From IMG/VR virus record IMGVR_UViG_3300020469_003050, positions 124,001-188,000 of that record: a DNA stretch of 64,000 bases. One strand, written 5' to 3'. Positions 41,101-49,204 of the stretch are shown here, one piece after another (positions within the stretch are counted from its first letter, which is position 1; every line of letters begins with the position of its first letter). The notes under the pieces were generated by a model, which was not told where the DNA came from, did no database searches, and saw only the letters and a program-made list of their open reading frames with translations. A program made the translations under genes and the position numbers.

Positions 41101-42550
41101 CGTCCGTACCTGTAATACTTAGATTTGAATGATGTCCTGTAACATCGTCCATTTCAAAGTAACGAGAATTACCTGCAAAACTTGTGTTAACTGATTTTAA
41201 TTTTTTTACAATGTTATTACCTAGTGTTAAAGGATAAACATTATAGTCTTGTGCGTTAACCATTCTATCTTGTGAATAGTATGCCTTCTGTGCAATTCTT
41301 CTTACACTTGTAAATGTTTCACCTGCAAAGTTTTCACCAAAGTCTTTGGTGCTTGCCATAGTAATTGATAGTCTGTATGTTTTATCATCTGCGCCTACAT
41401 ATGGAATAGATATAGCAACGTTATCAATATCGCCTGATTGAATAGAAAAGTTTTCATTTGAAACTGTTCTGAACCATGCTCTATAATCTCCAAATGCCGC
41501 ATTACCAAATATCCCATCTGGATATCTTAATTCTATTGTATTGTTTGTACCTGTTGTTATGTGTACAATATCACCTGAACCTGTTCTTAAAGAATTATAT
41601 ATTGCAGTTTCACGTGTATCATTATCAACTTTAGTAACATCTGATTTGTATAATAAATTTGAATCTAACTTGTGTAACCAAACATCTGTGTTAGAAACAT
41701 TTTCATTTGTAATTGCTTCTACTCTGTTAGACATTTTCACGCCATAAGAAAAGTTTTCAAATTCTAATGTTCCTGCTTTTGCTAAAACAAAGAAACCTGT
41801 TCTGTCTGATGCGGGACCTAGATTATCATTTCTATTAATAAGTGTGAAATTTTTATCATTCAGTGGAGCACCTTCTATGATTTTATCATTCTCAAAACTT
41901 GCTCTTACTGCCTCAAATCTTCTATTCGCTCCTGCTACATTTGTTGTAAATGCATACGCAATAGATTTTGATGAAAGTGATTCATTTATTTCGTACAGAT
42001 AATTTTCTACATTACCAACTGTTAAACTTGCACTAGGATCTTGAATTTTTGTATTTTTATTGAAAGAAGAATTTAGAATTGTAGTGAATTTTTCATACCA
42101 ATCTACATCGTTAGAGTCGTTCCAGTTTACAACGACACCGGCGAGAGAATTACCTTCGTTGTCTGCAACATCTTCTGTAGTAGTTACGCTTGTGATTTTC
42201 ATCATACCACTTGCATTGATTGGTCTTGTTTTTATATAACCAAGTGTTCTTGCCATACGCAAAATACTTTCACGGCGTTCAGCCGTATCCATAAAGTTTT
42301 CACGTGTGTTCATGTCATTTCTAAATGCTAGTGAATGACCTAAGTATGCTACAAGGTCTAAAATCGCAATGAATTCAGAACTTGCTATAAAATCATTAAA
42401 TTTTTCTGGATATGTCTTATTGATGTACGCAAGTAAACTTTCACGTATTGTATCGAAATCATAAGACTTCAAACTCACGTTACTGAAAGCAGTATATACA
42501 CTGGTCCAGCTTTCACTTGCAAATAAGTTATCTACTCTTTCTTGACTCAT
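38153..42550 (-). CDS. gp6: baseplate wedge subunit, T4 gp6-like
   Basis: DFDTIRESL...FNDFIASSEFIAILDLVAY...ENFMDTAERRESILRMARTLGY; QDRMVNAQDY. Confidence 0.85.
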   Translation of the reverse strand: MSQERVDNLFASESWTSVYTAFSNVSLKSYDFDTIRESLLAYINKTYPEKFNDFIASSEFIAILDLVAYLGHSLAFRNDMNTRENFMDTAERRESILRMARTLGYIKTRPINASGMMKITSVTTTEDVADNEGNSLAGVVVNWNDSNDVDWYEKFTTILNSSFNKNTKIQDPSASLTVGNVENYLYEINESLSSKSIAYAFTTNVAGANRRFEAVRASFENDKIIEGAPLNDKNFTLINRNDNLGPASDRTGFFVLAKAGTLEFENFSYGVKMSNRVEAITNENVSNTDVWLHKLDSNLLYKSDVTKVDNDTRETAIYNSLRTGSGDIVHITTGTNNTIELRYPDGIFGNAAFGDYRAWFRTVSNENFSIQSGDIDNVAISIPYVGADDKTYRLSITMASTKDFGENFAGETFTSVRRIAQKAYYSQDRMVNAQDYNVYPLTLGNNIVKKLKSVNTSFAGNSRYFEMDDVTGHHSNLSITGTDGSVFVEDEPMSVALFFNRNSGDADDFVRNEMSRALGHASLFNKYHFLYKNDVSANRVINESYTKSDLNNLQIDGASGAPWGVAQGDYLHLVGTSGTEYHARVVRVVSPDTSGLSVDPSSVVLDKIIPEDGTVKTAIRGYRTKFIEDAGLGITEISDVKQKIVDDASTFTLYYDLRDNATDLWTWKIWDGVVDISSKISLEFKYNAGIRASEAMYTAKFTGKRVVFESYDQVKFYYGNKNIIVDNETNLAERDKILINYYDGGSLNVLPDTKYNDIVTIGYAPVTGFQSNGTGGGTFNAVYRHTGAKDNLELIDPTSVNIDNPLTPTKYTHQLVSPVGITYDLPDGSVTSPTAANENIIGADPQYTITLEVADISQFIANVTSIETGSSVNSSTETFISSDTIPIVTDTSAAAVANAEASFSTVTSTNLENTYGFKGLPSLAYFGTAPTTNNFLWIDISALPTGETSTSATFGMTGVQKDFITGFDTNTNLFTFTYPFKNWGVLADGTGGDGITSADNIPNDVRFRQLAYGELNFSTTESITQFNMIIKDANDNIIDNEHLELVAGSGNAYKIIFWTIDPGVGSLYNIFIGDGSATTDLDDFSVKVIAEIEVAKGVETQTSSYATTGAYVYDDFRINTGYDDARKVKLLTLDTKGNPYGILNIFNSTDAQNNILISKFVQESYIEPTLNITLHRAAKTATAGPASNNTIAPAVQSPDYTLWFNTDNNSWYLYQAGIWTTSFVYNEVVTGPNSVMYYGDSEYAVVDGKSFVEDKFMSYRWDHYADIDKRIDPSTSNIVDMYVLTSDYVRRVNQWIAGGFKTEIPVAPNNFELKSLMGGIEPKSAIADHISYIPVKFKYLFGAYATPENQASFKVVKKSGTAYTDSEVKTAVSSKVNEYFALDNWEFGDTFYFSELASYLHQQLGDYIASVVITPKFSTSEFTDLLSITSEPNEIFLSVTTSENVKCISAISTSELQGEDVTSNG

Positions 42551-42553
42551 TTT

Positions 42554-42910
42554 TTATTCTCTCTTTAAATCTATCGTAAGTGTGATAGGCTCTTTTTCAG
42601 GTAAAACCGCTACACTGATAGAGGCTGTGACTGTATGTTCACCTTCAGTTAAGTTGATGTTCTCTAAATTCACTCTAGGCTCATCACTGATGATGTTTGT
42701 TAAATCTTCTTCAATAAGTATTCTTGTGTTAGGAGTCAATGGTTCGAATATCATATCATGTATGATAGACCCATAAGTAGGCATCATCACTCTTTCACCT
42801 TTACGGGTCATGATATGATTCATTAAATCTTCGACAACTAACTCTTTTCCAGTTAGTGTGTGATTGATTGCCTGTTTATTTTTAGTACTAAAACCTATAA
42901 ATCTTGCCAT
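42554..42910 (-). CDS. gp25: baseplate wedge subunit, gp25-like
   Basis: DLMNHIMTRKGERVMMPTYGS...FEP...EPRV. Confidence 0.9.
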   Translation of the reverse strand: MARFIGFSTKNKQAINHTLTGKELVVEDLMNHIMTRKGERVMMPTYGSIIHDMIFEPLTPNTRILIEEDLTNIISDEPRVNLENINLTEGEHTVTASISVAVLPEKEPITLTIDLKRE

Positions 42911-42936
42911 TATATACTCTCTTTACTTATTAAGAG

Positions 42937-42944
42937 TATTTATC
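42937..42944 (-). promoter_or_regulatory. late promoter GATAAATA
   Basis: Upstream of the gp25-gp6 operon. Confidence 0.7.
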
Positions 42945-42970
42945 ATTGTATAAACTTCGAACTTTTAGTA

Positions 42971-42999
42971 TTGACTTTTTATTTCATTTACTATATAAT
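42971..42999 (+). promoter_or_regulatory. sigma70 promoter of clpP
   Basis: TTGACT-N17-TATAAT. Confidence 0.75.
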
Positions 43000-43038
43000 C
43001 TATCATAATCATAATAAAAACGGAGAATAAATAAAAGT

Positions 43039-43635
43039 ATGCCTAATTTAGTACCAATGGTCGTAGACCAAACTGCAAATGGAGAACGTAGCTTTGATAT
43101 ATTCTCTCGTTTGCTTAAAGAAAGAGTTATATTCTTAACAGGTGAAGTAAATGACTATCAGTCAGACTTAATCTGTGCCCAATTTCTATTCTTAGAAGCA
43201 GAAAATCCAACAAAAGATATACATTTTTATATCAATTCACCAGGTGGGGCTGTCACAGCCGGCATGGCGATATATGATACAATGCAATTTATCAAACCAG
43301 ATGTTTCAACAATGGTTTTAGGTCAGGCATGTTCTATGGGTTCTCTCTTAGCAAATGCTGGAGCTCCAGGTAAAAGATTTATGCTACCTCATGCAAGACA
43401 TATGATACATCAACCAAGTGGTGGCGCAGGCGGTCAAGCAACTGATATGGAAATCCAAGTAAAAGAAATTCTAAAAGTTAAAGAAAGTCTGACTAATATC
43501 TATGTAAAACACAATTCAAAAGGTAAGACTTTTGATGAATTACATGCTGATATGGAGAGAGATAAATTCATGGGTCCAGAAGAGTCACTAGAATATGGCT
43601 TAATTGACGAAATTCTTAACGAAAGACCGGCGTAA
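43039..43635 (+). CDS. clpP: ATP-dependent Clp protease proteolytic subunit
   Basis: [28 protein letters not shown] (Ser), MIHQPSGG (His), ERDKFM (Asp). Confidence 0.97.
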   Translation: MPNLVPMVVDQTANGERSFDIFSRLLKERVIFLTGEVNDYQSDLICAQFLFLEAENPTKDIHFYINSPGGAVTAGMAIYDTMQFIKPDVSTMVLGQACSMGSLLANAGAPGKRFMLPHARHMIHQPSGGAGGQATDMEIQVKEILKVKESLTNIYVKHNSKGKTFDELHADMERDKFMGPEESLEYGLIDEILNERPA

Positions 43636-43667
43636 AAACTTGACAAAATAGCGATTCGTGTTATATT
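43634..43667 (+). promoter_or_regulatory. early promoter, CGAWTCG class
   Basis: TTGACA(43640)-aaatag-CGATTCG-tgt-TATATT. Confidence 0.75.
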
Positions 43668-43691
43668 ATTATCTTAACTGAGAGATAATAA

Positions 43692-44663
43692 ATGATAAAA
43701 AAATTAGTAATTGCTAGTCTATTTCTGTCTTCATCTGCATTCGCAGATAGCTATGGATATAGCTACAAAAATCTTACACATATAATGGATAGTAAAACTG
43801 CAAACATGATGCAGTTTTCAGATAACTCTAAACACATGCCACGTGAACGATTACAGTTTGGTAACTTTCACGGTCGTGATGCATTAGAAATTACATTAAA
43901 ACAATCTGATATAGGTAGCATCGGTGATGCTGGTCGTGATATGGGTTGGGGTAATGCTCAACGTATTCAAATACGTGAAAAAGAATATAAACGTGAAATG
44001 TGGGACGGAAAAGAATACTGGTATAAGTTATCAATGTTCATGCCTAAGAATTTAGGAAGTAATAATCATACAGTTAGTTTGTTTGATTTGAAATTAAGAA
44101 AAAATAAACAAGAAGGTACACAAGTATTTTCATGGAATATCACTAATGGTGAATTAGGTTTTCAACTTGAAACTGGTGACTGGTTATGTTGGACACGTAA
44201 AATAGACGGTGGGGCAAATCGTAAACAATGCTCTTTTAAAGATAATTTTATTTCAATACCAAAAGACAACTATCGAAACAAATGGGTCGATGTTGTTATG
44301 CAAATCAATATGATTAAAGGAAAAGAAATATTTCGTGTGTGGGCAAACGATGAACTAATATTATCATTTGCAGGCGATATCAATCCTTTTGGTCGTGAAT
44401 TGGGATTTAAGTTTGGATTATATAGACATCATATGACTACTAAATTAGAAGATGATGTTGCATATTATTCTGATATCAAACGAGGCAAATCTTGTTCTGA
44501 TTTGAATGTAAATTGTGATAAGTTTATGAATGATTTTTCTGGTCTAGGTGCATTTAATATGCAGAAAGTATTACATGTAGAGAAATATGTAGAAAAAAAT
44601 GGACCTAAACTAAGATTTAATGATATTTGTTATAAAAAAGAGTGCGAAAACTTGACAGAATAG
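43692..44663 (+). CDS. secreted polysaccharide lyase-like (beta-jelly-roll) protein
   Basis: Signal peptide; ALEITL...QRIQI...KEYWYKLSMFMP...NKWVDVVMQI...VWAND...FKFGLYR. Confidence 0.7.
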   Translation: MIKKLVIASLFLSSSAFADSYGYSYKNLTHIMDSKTANMMQFSDNSKHMPRERLQFGNFHGRDALEITLKQSDIGSIGDAGRDMGWGNAQRIQIREKEYKREMWDGKEYWYKLSMFMPKNLGSNNHTVSLFDLKLRKNKQEGTQVFSWNITNGELGFQLETGDWLCWTRKIDGGANRKQCSFKDNFISIPKDNYRNKWVDVVMQINMIKGKEIFRVWANDELILSFAGDINPFGRELGFKFGLYRHHMTTKLEDDVAYYSDIKRGKSCSDLNVNCDKFMNDFSGLGAFNMQKVLHVEKYVEKNGPKLRFNDICYKKECENLTE

Positions 44664-44679
44664 CGAATCGTAGTATAAT
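44648..44679 (+). promoter_or_regulatory. early promoter, CGAWTCG class
   Basis: TTGACA(44652)-gaatag-CGAATCG-tag-TATAAT. Confidence 0.75.
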
Positions 44680-44709
44680 ATACTTATATTGAATGAAAGA
44701 GAGGACTAA

Positions 44710-45057
44710 ATGACTACATATCAAGAAGTTGCAAACGAGGCAAAAACACAGGCTGTACAAGCAGTTGATACATTTTTCAATGATGTTTTAAAAGGCGAAG
44801 ACCAATATGCATGTGGTTTTGCATGGGTTACTGTTTATCCTGAAAACAAAGGTAACACTAAACTTGGTAAAGCAGAACGTAGGGGTTTAGAATCTATTGG
44901 ATTTAGTAAAGACTGGACAGGCAAGGCTTGGCAGTTGTGGAATCCAGGTGAGTATCGAGGTCAAAACATTGACGCCAAAGAAAAAGGTGCAGAAGTTTAT
45001 GCTCAAGTAATGAAATCATATGGTTTCAAAGCATATGCTGGTTCAAGGTTAGACTAA
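44710..45057 (+). CDS. hypothetical phage protein
   Basis: Own promoter and RBS GAGAGG; ACGFAWV...QNIDAKEKGA...YAGSRLD. Confidence 0.75.
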   Translation: MTTYQEVANEAKTQAVQAVDTFFNDVLKGEDQYACGFAWVTVYPENKGNTKLGKAERRGLESIGFSKDWTGKAWQLWNPGEYRGQNIDAKEKGAEVYAQVMKSYGFKAYAGSRLD

Positions 45058-45093
45058 AAAACTTGACAGATTCGAGAATCGTGTTATTATAAT
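45058..45093 (+). promoter_or_regulatory. early promoter, CGAWTCG class
   Basis: TTGACA(45063)-gattcg-AGAATCG-tgt-TATTAT. Confidence 0.75.
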
Positions 45094-45116
45094 TACATAA
45101 TCAAAGAGAGGGAACT

Positions 45117-45464
45117 ATGAAATTTAAACTATATCAAATTCATCTTACAGATGCAGAAGTTGACAAAGTTAATGCTGAAGGACATAATAGTGTTCCTAAG
45201 CATCTAACTAAGTTGGATATGTCTTTCGCTAAAGACGAAGTAGGTTCATTAGCTAAAAAGGCAATGGATAATAATTGGTACACTCATGTATCAAACATTA
45301 CTGCTGACGGTTTAGAAAACGTGTTTGAAATAGGTAACATTGGTCCAGAAGAAAACATTGAGCGATTGGCTCCTATGTATTCTGTTAGTGTTAGTGACGT
45401 AGTTGAAAATGAAGATGGCGAACAATTTGTTTGTGCATCAATTGGTTGGAAGGAGGTAGCATAA
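45117..45464 (+). CDS. hypothetical protein, YodL-like
   Basis: FKLYQ...LENVFEIGN...YSVSVSDVV. Confidence 0.55.
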   Translation: MKFKLYQIHLTDAEVDKVNAEGHNSVPKHLTKLDMSFAKDEVGSLAKKAMDNNWYTHVSNITADGLENVFEIGNIGPEENIERLAPMYSVSVSDVVENEDGEQFVCASIGWKEVA

Positions 45465-45712
45465 TGGCTGTAGTTCAAAAAAGTAATGTTCGTAATTTCG
45501 TAATTGATTTAGATGGCTCGGCTGGCAATGCCTTCTATCTATTAGGTTCTGCACAAGGATTGTGTAACGACCTCGGTCTTGATGGTAATCAAGTTATTGA
45601 AGAAATGAAATCTGGAGATTATATAAATCTCATAAAAACATTTGACAAATATTTTGGAAGTGTTGTTACTTTAGAAACAAACAATAAAGAATATTTAGAG
45701 GCTTTTAACTAA
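45464..45712 (+). CDS. hypothetical phage protein
   Basis: TAATG overlap and RBS GGAGG give start 45464; IDLDGSAGNAFYLLG...EMKSGDY. Confidence 0.7.
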   Translation: MAVVQKSNVRNFVIDLDGSAGNAFYLLGSAQGLCNDLGLDGNQVIEEMKSGDYINLIKTFDKYFGSVVTLETNNKEYLEAFN

Positions 45713-46343
45713 AGCCAGGAACAAAACTCCACATCTTAGAAGTTTTAATTTTCATGGCGGCTAGTTTTTCATCGAACTGGCCGTTATTCTTTTTTATATT
45801 AGTCTGAATTTCATCCGTAATATCATACCACTTTTCATTATTGATTAATGCAATAATAGGATGTTTTTCAATTTTGTCAACACCTTCATTGTAAAAGTAA
45901 TATAACAATGCATCGAATTGTGGTTGAGATAATTCTTTCTTAACAAACTTTTCTAAAACATTTCCTACATTACGTAATTGCTTTTCTAATATAAAGTTTG
46001 CCATTTGTTTAGTAATCTTTTTTGTAGATATATCTATTCTTTGTGATGCAACTGTTATAAACCCATAACGTAATTCTGTATTCGTTACTTGATATCCATA
46101 ACCTAATATATTATCTTTCATGTCTAATGTTGGTGTGCTTGTATCTATAATTGCATTCTTGCTCATTTCACTGAATACTAAATCAACTACAGGAAATACA
46201 GTTAATCTAACATGAGATAAGATATAAGTTGGTTCACCAGTTGCTTTATATCCTGTGCCTAAGTAGGTACCATTAGGAGTTACAACATTCAACGGAAGCT
46301 GAATATAATTTAATAACGAACCTTTTCTCTTATCAAATAACAT
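45705..46343 (-). CDS. GH24 lysozyme-like protein, catalytic residues apparently lost
   Basis: ILGYGY, LSQPQFDALLYYFYNEG, LINNEKW retained; the FEG/catalytic Glu segment reads IIDTS. Confidence 0.6.
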   Translation of the reverse strand: MLFDKRKGSLLNYIQLPLNVVTPNGTYLGTGYKATGEPTYILSHVRLTVFPVVDLVFSEMSKNAIIDTSTPTLDMKDNILGYGYQVTNTELRYGFITVASQRIDISTKKITKQMANFILEKQLRNVGNVLEKFVKKELSQPQFDALLYYFYNEGVDKIEKHPIIALINNEKWYDITDEIQTNIKKNNGQFDEKLAAMKIKTSKMWSFVPGFS

Positions 46344-48190
46344 TATGATAACCTCACTGCGGTTGTTCCTGTTACAGAAGAAGTATCTGCTACATTGTAT
46401 GAACGTTTTAATATGTATGCACCACGTTCTACACTAGCGGCTGAGAAGTGCATCGGATCCCATGGCGCACTCCAGTTACCACCCCAACCTAAACCATGTC
46501 GAGCGGCTATTTCACCTACATTTAATGGGAAGTCACAACCTTTGTCAACGCCTCTAGTTACTCCAGGATTCCAACCTGATGGTCTAGTTTTTGCATATCC
46601 ATTTGGTGCATATGCATTAATATCTATAGCGGCTCCCATTGCATGGAAGCTAGGTCTTGAACCACCTCTTTGATTTCTATTACAGTATCCACCTAATGTT
46701 CTTATCACATATCCTGTTGCTTCTAAATCATCAATCAGTCCTTGGAAGTTAGCTTGGAATATTTCTGCAACTTCACAACCAACACCATTACTTGAACGTA
46801 TAGTTGCTAGACCTTCTCCAGGCGGTAGACCAGGAACATTTTCAGTTGATTGGTTGCCCTGATTTGCGGCATTAACTTGCCCTTCTGCACTAGTAGGGTC
46901 TTTAGCAATTTCGTTTCCTGCTTTTTGTGAATCAGTTGTTGCACCTGGGGTAGACCCATCTGCGGCTTTTTGTACTGTTTCTGTTCCACGTAAAAACGGT
47001 TCGTGTGTTGGTATCTTAGGTATGATACTTTCGTCTATTTGTGTATTTTCTAAATTCTGTATATCTGGTTGTGCGGCTAATGGTATATCAAAAGCGATAG
47101 AAGCCATAGGACCGTTAAGATGTAGTTTTCCATTTACTGTACTAACATACATATTTGTTTCTACTTTTTGATGCAATGCTCCTCCACTTTCTAAAAACGT
47201 AGAGCCTTTTGTTTTTGTATGATATTGATTTCCTACATTCAAGTTGTAGTTGTCACCAGTTCTTACATTAATCTTTTCACCTGCTTCAAGGTTTATATTT
47301 TTATCTGCACGTAGATTGAAATCTTTTTCAGTACGAACAGACATACTACCTTCAGCATAAACCATTACTTCACCGTCAGCACCTATCTCTACCCAACCAG
47401 AACCTGAACTATTAATTGCATATACAAAATCATTTGTACCGTCAACAATAACTTGTGCTCCTGAACCAGTAGAAATTCTTATCTGATTAGGGTGAATAGT
47501 TCCATCGTCTCCAACAGACCCATCGTCCATTGTAATACCATTGCCACCCGGTGTTGTCCAGCCGTATACTTTTGATGATTGTGTTGTATCATAGTTTGCA
47601 TCACGTAATGGACTTGCAGTAGATTGGCCTCTTTTATTATCTGAGAATATACCTTGATTTGCAGTGTTAACATTTCTATTTGAATTTGCTTGGTCTTGTT
47701 CGTCTATGCTTTGTAAATCTTCTAATTTAGTTGGTGTTACTTTCGCAACTTTGACATCTTTTGCTATGCCTTCTCCCATACCAGAACCGTCTGCATTGGC
47801 AACTCCTGCCGCTCCACCCGATACTGTTCCAGGAATTTCTTGTGCTACTGCGAACCAGTAACCTTCGTTTAGAACTCCGTTGTCCGCAAAGAATACTAAT
47901 ATAGTAACTCCACCATCAGGCGGAACAGAAAACATTCCGTATGAACCTTGCTTATTAGAACCACCAAAAGGACTTGCATACATAAAGTACATTGGTTCTT
48001 CTGGGTCTCCTCCAAGTTTAGGTACATAGGCCGCTATACGTCCTCTGCCTTCAGGATCAGGCTTATCTGCTACAGTAATGGCTTTATATATACCACTTTT
48101 AATATTCTGTAAAATAGGATTCTGCTGGTCTTTTACGTTCTTTAAAAGAGACTTAGCAAGACTGTTACCTATCATAGTTTCTTTAGCCAT
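46343..48190 (-). CDS. gp5: gp5/VgrG-like central spike fused to a C-terminal M15 peptidase
   Basis: DPEGRGRIAAYVP OB-fold, SYGMFSVPPD, TPGGNGITMDD; C-terminal SFHAMGAAIDIN...WGGNW...DPMHF. Confidence 0.8.
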   Translation of the reverse strand: MAKETMIGNSLAKSLLKNVKDQQNPILQNIKSGIYKAITVADKPDPEGRGRIAAYVPKLGGDPEEPMYFMYASPFGGSNKQGSYGMFSVPPDGGVTILVFFADNGVLNEGYWFAVAQEIPGTVSGGAAGVANADGSGMGEGIAKDVKVAKVTPTKLEDLQSIDEQDQANSNRNVNTANQGIFSDNKRGQSTASPLRDANYDTTQSSKVYGWTTPGGNGITMDDGSVGDDGTIHPNQIRISTGSGAQVIVDGTNDFVYAINSSGSGWVEIGADGEVMVYAEGSMSVRTEKDFNLRADKNINLEAGEKINVRTGDNYNLNVGNQYHTKTKGSTFLESGGALHQKVETNMYVSTVNGKLHLNGPMASIAFDIPLAAQPDIQNLENTQIDESIIPKIPTHEPFLRGTETVQKAADGSTPGATTDSQKAGNEIAKDPTSAEGQVNAANQGNQSTENVPGLPPGEGLATIRSSNGVGCEVAEIFQANFQGLIDDLEATGYVIRTLGGYCNRNQRGGSRPSFHAMGAAIDINAYAPNGYAKTRPSGWNPGVTRGVDKGCDFPLNVGEIAARHGLGWGGNWSAPWDPMHFSAASVERGAYILKRSYNVADTSSVTGTTAVRLS

Positions 48191-49196
48191 TGTTTATTTT
48201 CCCATTTGCCTCAGCTATTTTGTTTGCTAATAGTTTCATACTATTATGATCCCAATGCCCACATTCTAATCTTCCTGACATTCCAGCTTCATGTGTTGCC
48301 TTAATATGAACTACTTTTCTATCTGGTTGATTCATTTCTTCTAGGTATTTATATACTATATCCCAATCAGATTCATGGTCGTTCAGTTGTTGAAAAAATC
48401 CAATAGTGACAAAAATAATATTCCAGTTTTTAGCAAGTGTTAACCAATTTAGTCTTCTTATAATTATTTCTACATTTTTTATAAAAGCATTTGCAGGAAC
48501 ATTAAGATGTAAATTGTGTGAAGAATATGCTTGTTGTAATGCCTCATTGGACTTTCTCTCAAAGTTTTTATAATTATTTTGAAAAATATATAATTCTTCT
48601 GAAAGTTTATCCCACGTTTCACTATCGTTGGGCAATGGAGACATACCTAAATCCGGTGGTTCATTGACTTTAAAATCCCATCCTCTTAATGTATCACCAT
48701 AAGCAGGGTAGGAAGGCTTTGCTAAAGAAGGCTGTATTAGATTCATATACCATGCATGTCTATATATAGAAGATAAACTTATAACAATAGTTTTTGTTTG
48801 ACTAGACTTTTCTTCATTAGTCCATTGTTCAAGTCTTCTCATTATTGATTCATTTCCTGAACCTGGTTTAGCTAAGTTTATATAATAGATACCATCGTAA
48901 TTATATTTTCTATTCAAAATATGAGACAGACACCATTTCTTTGGCAACCCATCACCGAACATAAAACTGTCACCAAATATAGGAAGTATTTCACCTGTAT
49001 ATGTCTTAAATCTGTTTAAATCAGTTCTAGTAGGCCATGCGTTTTCCCATTGCTCTCCTTTTCCTTCAGGATCATATTGAGGGTCTACTTTATAAGGAGA
49101 CAGATATGTTTTCTTGTCCCAAGGTAATTCAGGCCACTCTCGTATTAGTTTACTAAAGCAAGAATATTCAGATGTGTCTTGTGATTTAACTGTCAT
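48183..49196 (-). CDS. SGNH-like protein
   Basis: IFGDSFMFGDG, INLAKPGSGNESI, C-terminal CGHW. Confidence 0.65.
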   Translation of the reverse strand: MTVKSQDTSEYSCFSKLIREWPELPWDKKTYLSPYKVDPQYDPEGKGEQWENAWPTRTDLNRFKTYTGEILPIFGDSFMFGDGLPKKWCLSHILNRKYNYDGIYYINLAKPGSGNESIMRRLEQWTNEEKSSQTKTIVISLSSIYRHAWYMNLIQPSLAKPSYPAYGDTLRGWDFKVNEPPDLGMSPLPNDSETWDKLSEELYIFQNNYKNFERKSNEALQQAYSSHNLHLNVPANAFIKNVEIIIRRLNWLTLAKNWNIIFVTIGFFQQLNDHESDWDIVYKYLEEMNQPDRKVVHIKATHEAGMSGRLECGHWDHNSMKLLANKIAEANGKINNG

Positions 49197-49204
49197 ATCA
49201 TATC

